This document shows positions 31,030-37,152 of a stretch of DNA of 62,344 nucleotides, one piece after another. The DNA is from an uncultured Bacilli bacterium (GTDB lineage: Bacteria; Bacillota_I; Bacilli_A; RF39; UBA660), in assembly GCA_947589495.1 (NCBI GenBank), contig CANQAK010000004.1, positions 1-62,344 on the forward strand, in the 5' to 3' direction. The notes beneath the pieces were generated by a model. That model saw only the letters and a program-made list of their open reading frames with translations, was not told the origin of the DNA and ran no database searches. Made by a program: the position numbers and the translations under genes. How positions within the stretch are numbered: the first letter of the stretch is position 1; every line of letters begins with the position of its first letter.

Positions 31030-31158
31030 TTGAAAGGAGCACAAAGTGCTTTTATTAAAGTCTTTTTAGTAATTATTTTTATTTTGCTATACATTATTAT
31101 TATATTAGTTATTAAAAACGGCCGTCTGCTTAATGTTGTTATACAACATTTAAATTAG
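31030..31158 (+). CDS. diverged third copy of small hydrophobic ORF (weak start)
   Basis: It occupies the same relative position as the 34-codon ORFs at 32835 and 34608. It encodes a 42-codon hydrophobic peptide (..FIKVFLVIIFILLYIIIILVIKNGR..) only from a TTG start. The well-placed AAGGAG+GTG at 31046 opens only a 7-codon frame. It may be decayed. Confidence 0.2.
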   Translation: MKGAQSAFIKVFLVIIFILLYIIIILVIKNGRLLNVVIQHLN

Positions 31159-31190
31159 CAATGAAACACATTTTCCAGACGGTGTAAAAC

Positions 31191-31276
31191 TCACGCTTCC
31201 TAATATTTAGGATACTCTATTTTTATATATTACAATCTTGTTTTGAATATTAAACTGAAGAAGTTTAATATTTTTT
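31191..31276. repeat. partial copy of the distal part of the ~0.5 kb inter-paralogue spacer
   Basis: cacgcttcctaatatt...tactctatttttatat(at)attacaat...tgaatattaaactgaagaagtttaatat is shared with 32978..33062 and, in its left part, with 34751..34798. Confidence 0.8.
31246..31272. other. AT-rich perfect hairpin 5 nt beyond the stop codon of paralogue 1
   Basis: aatattaaac-tgaagaa-gtttaatatt forms a 10-bp stem with a 7-nt loop. No U-run follows on the gene strand. Confidence 0.7.
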
Positions 31277-32533
31277 CTAACTTTTTATGTAGAATGGATC
31301 GGAACTTGTCCCTGCTCCCCCTAATTCTATATCAGACGTTAGATAGAAGACTGGGCGAATCGCATACGTATATTTCAAGGTGTTGTCGCTGATTCCGCCA
31401 AACTGATTCACAAACCACGCTTGGTAGAAAGGGTCCGAGCTACTCCATAGACCAATTCGCGACATGGTCCATTCATAGTCCGATGTTGTTCCCCCATTTT
31501 TTGAAATATGCATCCAGCCATTGTTTATACATTTTTGATATGTTTCTTGCCCTAAACGCATATGACAATTTGTTACGTTTGCTTGATAATAGTAATCATG
31601 TAAATATATTAATCCTATTGGTGCAGTATCACTCATTTGTTTCCATTTCTGATCTGTTATTAATTTATAATCTTTATCATAATATTGGGGTGCATCTTGT
31701 CCAGTCTCTATTCTATATGTTTGATCTGCACTTTCGATTAATGTTTCCTCATAATCATATCCTATATCTCCATACCACCATTCTTGTGGCTCTATTTTTC
31801 CTTTTATTTCTTCATTTAATGTACTTAAGAATGAATTACCATTTGTATTTAATTCTTTAAATAAGTCACTTTCTGGCCATTCGGGACAATCTCCTCCTTC
31901 ACAATAAACGTTAGTAGATGGGTCCACACTATATTTTGCATTCCATGCTTTTGTCCCTATGCTTTTTTGTTTCATCACTTTAATATTTCCTTCTGGAGTG
32001 ATTCCAATGATTCGATACATTTCATTAGATCCTGATGCACAATTTGCTTGTCCTATTTGCTTTAGGCATATATAGTTATTTACATTTGTTCCTTGATATC
32101 TATACATTCCTCCAACTAAATCTATACTCAATCCACTATCTGCTTGACTTTGTAGTGTTTGTAATGTTTGTGGTACTTTATCAAAATATAAATAACAATA
32201 TGATGTTTTATTTGTACTTACTGTTACTTTATTATTTTCCAAATCATATTCTAAACTGTTTTCTATTTTTTCTCCATTATTATCCATACATCCTGATTTT
32301 TCTTCATTTAACATATAACCTTCTCCTGGAAAACTTGATTCTTCTTTATACTGTCCATCTGTGCCTTTTACCATTATGGCAAACATACTATTTTTTTCTA
32401 CATCTACTACATCTTTTAACTTTACTTCATCTAATTGTGTTTGATATGCCGTATGTTTATGACATATTAAAAAGGTACTTACTGTTAGTATTACTCCTAT
32501 TACAAATATTACTGTAGTTTTTCTTTTCTCCAT
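31277..32533 (-). CDS. variable surface protein paralogue 1 (signal-anchored, C-terminal lectin-like domain with hypervariable segment)
   Basis: The track ORF starts at GTG 32545. The ATG at 32533 (MEKRKTT, GGTGA 8 nt upstream) matches the start of paralogue 2. Motifs shared with the other copies: GGMYRYQG, MYRIIGITPEGNIKVMKQ, CPEWPESD, WWYGD, GLIYLHDYYYQ, GWMHISKN, EWTMSR and RPVFYLTSDIELGGAG. Confidence 0.8.
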   Translation of the reverse strand: MEKRKTTVIFVIGVILTVSTFLICHKHTAYQTQLDEVKLKDVVDVEKNSMFAIMVKGTDGQYKEESSFPGEGYMLNEEKSGCMDNNGEKIENSLEYDLENNKVTVSTNKTSYCYLYFDKVPQTLQTLQSQADSGLSIDLVGGMYRYQGTNVNNYICLKQIGQANCASGSNEMYRIIGITPEGNIKVMKQKSIGTKAWNAKYSVDPSTNVYCEGGDCPEWPESDLFKELNTNGNSFLSTLNEEIKGKIEPQEWWYGDIGYDYEETLIESADQTYRIETGQDAPQYYDKDYKLITDQKWKQMSDTAPIGLIYLHDYYYQANVTNCHMRLGQETYQKCINNGWMHISKNGGTTSDYEWTMSRIGLWSSSDPFYQAWFVNQFGGISDNTLKYTYAIRPVFYLTSDIELGGAGTSSDPFYIKS

Positions 32534-32602
32534 TATATAATTCACCTTTTCTTTTTGTTAATAACTTACTATTATTTATTAACTCATCTATCCTATATGG
32601 TT

Positions 32603-32629
32603 ATTATATAATACCCCCCCCGGAGTCAA
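32603..32629 (-). promoter_or_regulatory. candidate sigma-A promoter of paralogue 1 with (G)8 in the spacer
   Basis: The minus strand reads TTGACT (32624..32629) - CC GGGGGGGG TATTA - TATAAT (32603..32608). The spacer is 15 nt. The homopolymer is at 32614..32621. Confidence 0.6.
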
Positions 32630-32834
32630 GTTTTAAAATTTATTTTGTTGTTAATTTTATGTTTTTTTTAAACATTCCATTTTTCTTGTGTCTTATTTTG
32701 ACTGGTTTTGTCGAAAGTATTTACAAATAAAAAATCCTATTATTTAATAGAGACTTATGGAAGTGTTGGTACTGACGTCACCTTTAAACTGATTTTCAGG
32801 GGGATTTATTTCTCAGGAAAGAGGTGAGACGGTT

Positions 32835-32939
32835 ATGAAAGCAAAAACTTTAAATAAGTTATTGTTATTAATAATAATAATTTTGTCCATTATTATTTTA
32901 ATAGACAAATTAAAAGACGTCGTCCTTATAGTAGGATAA
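32835..32939 (+). CDS. 34-aa hydrophobic peptide (candidate type I toxin-like small protein), copy A
   Basis: ATG with AGAGGTGA 7 nt upstream. The peptide is MKAKTLNKLLLLIIIILSIIILIDKLKDVVLIVG: a charged N-terminus, one TM helix and a charged tail. It is conserved at 34608..34712 with only hydrophobic substitutions. A candidate promoter TTGACT lies at 32698..32703. Confidence 0.5.
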   Translation: MKAKTLNKLLLLIIIILSIIILIDKLKDVVLIVG

Positions 32940-32987
32940 CGTCTATCTAAATATATAATTTAGGTGACGTGAAATATCACGCTTCCT
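32907..32987 (-). ncRNA. candidate antisense RNA overlapping the 3' end of small ORF A
   Basis: The minus strand carries a TTGTAA (33017..33022) - 17 nt - TATACT (32994..32999) promoter. Downstream are hairpin gcgtga-tat-ttcacgt, then hairpin 32915..32944 (agacgttatcc/ggacgacgtct) followed by UUUUAAUUU. It could alternatively be the 3' UTR and terminator of paralogue 2. Confidence 0.35.
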
Positions 32988-33033
32988 AATATTAGTATAC
33001 TCTATTTTTATATATATTACAATTCTTTTTTGA

Positions 33034-33058
33034 ATATTAAACTGAAGAAGTTTAATAT
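33034..33058. other. AT-rich perfect hairpin 5 nt beyond the stop codon of paralogue 2
   Basis: atattaaac-tgaagaa-gtttaatat forms a 9-bp stem with a 7-nt loop. It is the same element as 31246..31272. Confidence 0.7.
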
Positions 33059-33062
33059 CTTT

Positions 33063-34319
33063 CTAACTTGCTATGTAGAATGGTTCAGTTGTTGATCCTG
33101 CTCCTCCTAATTCTATATCGGATGTTAAATAGAATACTGGACGAACCGAATATTCATTTTTCAAGCTGTCCTTGCCGACACTGCCACTCGAAGTCACACG
33201 CCACGCATAGAAGTAAATACTTGAGCTTTCAGCTCGACCTATACGGGACATGGTCCATTCAGCTTGCTCGTTATCCGTAAATGAATTATCATTTTTTGAT
33301 ATGTGCATCCAACCGTTATCTTTACATTGTGTATGTGTATTGTTATCATAATGACAGATATTTGATGTTGATTGATAATAATAATCATGTAAATATATTA
33401 ATCCTATTTTTGCTTTGCTATTCATTTTTGCCCATTTTCCTGTTTCTATTGCTCCTTGTTTTAGTTTTGGATAATATTGACTGTCTACTTGACCTGTTTC
33501 TATTTGATATATTTCATCTGCTGTTTTATTTGCATAATCATAGTTTATATCACCATACCACCAATCCCAATCTTCTATTTTATTTTTTATATCACTAGAT
33601 AAATTACTTAAGAATGAATCACTATCTGCGTTTAATGTTTTATATATTTCACTATCTGGCCATTCTGGACAGCCACCATCATCACATTTGTATTTCTCTG
33701 TGGACGTTTTTTCATCATATTTTGTATTCCATACGAATGTATTTGTTCCATTATTTGTATATTTTGTTTGTTTCATTACTTTTATATTTCCTTCAGGAGT
33801 GATTCCTATGATTCGATACATTTCATCTGTTTTTTCTTTACAATTTGTATTATTTAAACTTCCTAAACAAATGTAATTATTTACATCTGCACCTTGGTAT
33901 CTATACATTCCTCCAACAGGATTTGTACTTAAACCACTGCCTTCTTTTCTTATATCGTCTACTGACAATTGTTTATCAAAATACAAATAACAATATGATG
34001 TTTGCCCTGTACTTACTATTACTTGTTGACTATCTTCATCATATGATAAACTATTTGGTATTAACTCGTTATTATTATCCATACACCCTGATTTATCTTT
34101 ATTTAGTTTGTAACCTTTTTCTGGAAAACTATCACTTGGTGCATATTCTCCATTTTCTTTTACCATTATTGCAAACATATTATTATCTTTTATATCTTTT
34201 AATTTTACTTCATCTAATTGTGTTGTTTGATATGCCGTATGTTTATGACATATTAAAAAGGTACTTACTATTAACATTACTCCTATTACAAATATTATTG
34301 TTGTTTTTCTTTTCTCCAT
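33063..34319 (-). CDS. variable surface protein paralogue 2
   Basis: 418 aa. It has the same architecture and motif islands as paralogue 1. The first ~40 aa are near-identical. Confidence 0.8.
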   Translation of the reverse strand: MEKRKTTIIFVIGVMLIVSTFLICHKHTAYQTTQLDEVKLKDIKDNNMFAIMVKENGEYAPSDSFPEKGYKLNKDKSGCMDNNNELIPNSLSYDEDSQQVIVSTGQTSYCYLYFDKQLSVDDIRKEGSGLSTNPVGGMYRYQGADVNNYICLGSLNNTNCKEKTDEMYRIIGITPEGNIKVMKQTKYTNNGTNTFVWNTKYDEKTSTEKYKCDDGGCPEWPDSEIYKTLNADSDSFLSNLSSDIKNKIEDWDWWYGDINYDYANKTADEIYQIETGQVDSQYYPKLKQGAIETGKWAKMNSKAKIGLIYLHDYYYQSTSNICHYDNNTHTQCKDNGWMHISKNDNSFTDNEQAEWTMSRIGRAESSSIYFYAWRVTSSGSVGKDSLKNEYSVRPVFYLTSDIELGGAGSTTEPFYIAS

Positions 34320-34391
34320 ATTATATAATTCACCTTTTCTTTTTTGTTAATAACTTACTATTATTTATTAACATCTCTATCTTATAAGGTT

Positions 34392-34419
34392 ATTATATAA
34401 TACCCCCCCCCGGAGTCAA
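34392..34419 (-). promoter_or_regulatory. candidate sigma-A promoter of paralogue 2 with (G)9 in the spacer
   Basis: The minus strand reads TTGACT (34414..34419) - CC GGGGGGGGG TATTA - TATAAT (34392..34397). The spacer is 16 nt. The homopolymer is at 34403..34411. Confidence 0.6.
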
Positions 34420-34607
34420 GTTTCAATTTTTATTTTGTTGTTAACTTTATGTTTTTCTTGTGTCTTATTTTGACTGGTTTTGTCGAAAGTATTTACAAAT
34501 AAAAAATTCTATTATTTAATAGAAACTTATGGAAGTGTTGGTACTGACGTCACCTTTAAACTGATTTTCAGGGGGATTTGGTTCTTCAGAAAAGAGGTGA
34601 GACGGTT

Positions 34608-34712
34608 ATGAAAGCAAAAACTTTAAATAAGTTCTTGTTATTAATTATATTAATTTTGTTACTATTTATTTTAGTAGACAAATTAAAAGACGTCGTCCTT
34701 ATAGTAGGATAA
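34608..34712 (+). CDS. 34-aa hydrophobic peptide (candidate type I toxin-like small protein), copy B
   Basis: The peptide is MKAKTLNKFLLLIILILLLFILVDKLKDVVLIVG. It has the same RBS (AGAGGTGA) and the same N- and C-terminal residues as copy A. A candidate promoter TTGACT lies at 34470..34475. Confidence 0.5.
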   Translation: MKAKTLNKFLLLIILILLLFILVDKLKDVVLIVG

Positions 34713-34760
34713 CGTCTATCTAAATAAATAATTTAGGTGGCGTGAAATATCACGCTTCCT
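34680..34760 (-). ncRNA. candidate antisense RNA overlapping the 3' end of small ORF B
   Basis: The minus strand carries TTGTAA (34790..34795) - 17 nt - TATACT (34767..34772). Terminator-like hairpin 34688..34717 is followed by a U-rich run. No large gene lies upstream on this strand, so here a read-through 3' UTR cannot explain it. Confidence 0.4.
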
Positions 34761-34828
34761 AATATTAGTATACTCTATTTTTATATATATTACAATATCT
34801 TGTTTTAGCATTTACATTTCAAAATTAT

Positions 34829-34861
34829 AAAAAAAATAATTTTACTTTGCTAGTAAAATTA
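34829..34861 (-). terminator. intrinsic terminator of the lipoprotein gene
   Basis: A 10-bp stem, taattttact (34837..34846) with agtaaaatta (34852..34861), is followed by a U8 run on the minus strand. Confidence 0.75.
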
Positions 34862-34863
34862 CT

Positions 34864-35403
34864 TTAATTAACATCATAATTATAGACACCATGAATTTTT
34901 AATAAATCGTTTTCAGTAGGTTGTTCTACAACATACTCTTTATCTTCTTTAGATACTGTAAATGTAATTGTATAATCTACTTTATCAGTAGTATCTTTCA
35001 TTTTATCTAATTTAAAATCCATATATTTTTCAACACTATAATCGCCATTCTCATCATTAAATTCTTCACGATTATTTTCTAAATATATTGAAGCATCATC
35101 TTGAGCTTTATATAAATCATATACAGTAATTTTTACAGTAACATAACTTACATCATTATCATATTCTTCCTCTAAAATTTCATAACTTAGATCTTTATAT
35201 TGTTTTTTTAAAATATCACGATATTTATCTTTTTGAGATTCACTTAAACTTTCTTTATCAACAACACTTTCTAAATCAACTAAAACTTCACTATCTAAAG
35301 ATTTATATTTTTTTAAATAAGTATCAACTGCCCCTCTTGCAGTATCTTTTCCACAACCAGTAAGAAGAACTAAAACTAGAAACAATGCCCATAACTTTTT
35401 CAT
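34864..35403 (-). CDS. lipoprotein, function unknown
   Basis: 179 aa with a signal peptide and lipobox LLTGC. The mature part is acidic. Confidence 0.65.
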   Translation of the reverse strand: MKKLWALFLVLVLLTGCGKDTARGAVDTYLKKYKSLDSEVLVDLESVVDKESLSESQKDKYRDILKKQYKDLSYEILEEEYDNDVSYVTVKITVYDLYKAQDDASIYLENNREEFNDENGDYSVEKYMDFKLDKMKDTTDKVDYTITFTVSKEDKEYVVEQPTENDLLKIHGVYNYDVN

Positions 35404-35444
35404 TAAATCACATCCTAGTTTTATTATTTATCAAAAAGAAAAAA

Positions 35445-36077
35445 TTATACATTATTATATGATAATTTAATTAATTCATATATATGTAGTTCTTTTTCTG
35501 AAAGGGGTAAACTTAACTTCTTTTTCATTAATTCATACATTTTATTAACATCATCAATTAATTCATCAAACCATTCTAAATAAACATACTTAAGTTTACT
35601 AAACTCTTTTCTTTTAAACATATTATCTATTTCTAATTTAATTATTTTTTTTATTTTTAATTCTTGTCTAGTTTCCCTATTAACAACATCTTTCTCAATA
35701 ATTTTATAATCTATTTTACTTAAACTAACATTATAAATAAATTCATTAATATTAAGTTCATCTTCCATTATTAAACTACTTTTATTTATAAGTTTACCAT
35801 TTTCTTGAAATTCTAAAGCTATATTATTTTTACCATCACTAAATATACATGTATAAGCTAAATATTCATTTTGTTTTAATTTAGTTTTATTTTCTATCTT
35901 TTTTAGAAATTCTTCTGGTACTTCAATAATCTTTGATATCATATTATTTATAGTTTTAGAATCAACATGTATCAAAGGTATTTTTTTAACATATTCAATT
36001 GTATCATCTTTATCCCATTCATAAAACATACAATATTTTTCTTGAAAATTTAAAAGTACATCATAATAATAGTCCAT
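35445..36077 (-). CDS. conserved hypothetical protein
   Basis: 210 aa and soluble. The N-terminal YYDVLLNFQEKYCMFYEWDKDDTIEYVKKIPLIHV resembles a Firmicute family I cannot name. Confidence 0.5.
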   Translation of the reverse strand: MDYYYDVLLNFQEKYCMFYEWDKDDTIEYVKKIPLIHVDSKTINNMISKIIEVPEEFLKKIENKTKLKQNEYLAYTCIFSDGKNNIALEFQENGKLINKSSLIMEDELNINEFIYNVSLSKIDYKIIEKDVVNRETRQELKIKKIIKLEIDNMFKRKEFSKLKYVYLEWFDELIDDVNKMYELMKKKLSLPLSEKELHIYELIKLSYNNV

Positions 36078-36285
36078 TTTTCTTTTTCCTTCCTAATAAT
36101 ATAATTATAATAATACTTCCAATAAAGAATAAATCACAATAAATACTTCTAATAATAAAATAAACAAATTCAAGAAAACTATACCCTATAATAAATAAAT
36201 TTAAATATAAAATTATAAAAAATAACCCAATTACAGCCATAATAAAACTAATTAAAAACAACATTATATAAAACATACTTATCAA
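36061..36285 (-). CDS. small membrane protein
   Basis: 74 aa with two TM helices. Coding status is uncertain. Confidence 0.35.
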   Translation of the reverse strand: MISMFYIMLFLISFIMAVIGLFFIILYLNLFIIGYSFLEFVYFIIRSIYCDLFFIGSIIIIILLGRKKKNGLLL

Positions 36286-36342
36286 TATATTTTATTTACA
36301 AATTAATAAAAATATTATATAATTAAATTAGGTGATAATAAT

Positions 36343-37152
36343 ATGGATTATATAACATGTATAATATTAGGACTTATTCAAGGAATAACTGAACCACTTC
36401 CTATTTCTTCAAGTGGACATGTATTTTTATTTAAAAATATGTTTAATACTACTATTTTTAATGATTCTTTTAATTTTGAAATTATTTCTAATTTTGGTTC
36501 ATTTTTAGCTATACTATTTATTTTTAGAAAAGAAATAATTACCCTTATTAAAAATTTCTTTTTATATATATTTAGTTCTAAAAAAAGAAAGAATAATAAA
36601 AATGGTTTTGTTTATATAATGAAACTTATTATAAGTACTATACCTGTAGGTATAACTGGTATACTATTTAATGATTATTTAGAAACTCATTTTAATTCAT
36701 TAAATATGTTAGCATTTACATTTTTATTTACAGCTTTAATGCTTTATTTAGTTAGAAATATTAAAGGTACTAAAAATAATGATGAAATTACTTTTAAAGA
36801 TGCTATAATAATTGGTTTATTTCAAGCAATTACAATTATACCTGGAATAAGTAGAAGTGGTACTACTTTAGTAGCATGTTTACTTTGTAAATTAAAAAGA
36901 GATGATGCTTTAAAATATACTTTTATGTTATATTTTCCAGTTAGTTTAGGAACTATGTTATTAAAAGTACCAGAATTAATTAATACCCCAAATAGTTTAT
37001 TAATGCCTTATTTAATAGGAATGTTAATTGCATTAATAGTAACATATTTATCATATTTATGGTTAAGTAATATTGTTAAAAAAGGTAAATTATGGAAATT
37101 TTCTATTTATTGTTTATGTTTAGCTTTATTTATCTTTATATATTTTAGATAG
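36343..37152 (+). CDS. uppP: undecaprenyl-diphosphate phosphatase
   Basis: 269 aa. BacA/UppP motifs are present: GLIQGITEPLPISSSGH and PGISRSGTT. Confidence 0.85.
   Translation: MDYITCIILGLIQGITEPLPISSSGHVFLFKNMFNTTIFNDSFNFEIISNFGSFLAILFIFRKEIITLIKNFFLYIFSSKKRKNNKNGFVYIMKLIISTIPVGITGILFNDYLETHFNSLNMLAFTFLFTALMLYLVRNIKGTKNNDEITFKDAIIIGLFQAITIIPGISRSGTTLVACLLCKLKRDDALKYTFMLYFPVSLGTMLLKVPELINTPNSLLMPYLIGMLIALIVTYLSYLWLSNIVKKGKLWKFSIYCLCLALFIFIYFR

Larger units (their letters stand above)
32546..33062. repeat. inter-paralogue spacer unit A (~0.5 kb, near-identical to 34320..34800)
   Basis: Direct visual alignment with 34320..34800 shows scattered substitutions, an 18-nt indel within 32662..32684 and a 1-nt change in a C/G homopolymer. 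Confidence 0.85.
34320..34800. repeat. inter-paralogue spacer unit B
   Basis: It is near-identical to 32546..33025. Homology ends at about 34800, where no further paralogue follows. Confidence 0.85.

Noticed and set aside
31246-31272. Stop-proximal hairpins (also 33034..33058) as the intrinsic terminators of the paralogue genes.
   Set aside because: On the gene strand the stems are followed by an A-rich run, not a U-rich run. The first hairpin with a U-run lies about 120 nt further downstream.
31483-34387. Plus-strand ORFs (31483..31860, 32035..32517, 33068..33280, 33281..33598, 33614..33802, 33688..33876 and 33845..34387), and similar ones at 37759..37992, 38578..38853 and 61882..62112.
   Set aside because: All are antisense to the well-supported paralogue genes. 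They have L/Y/H/F-rich nonsense-like composition, lack an RBS and are not conserved between copies in frame.
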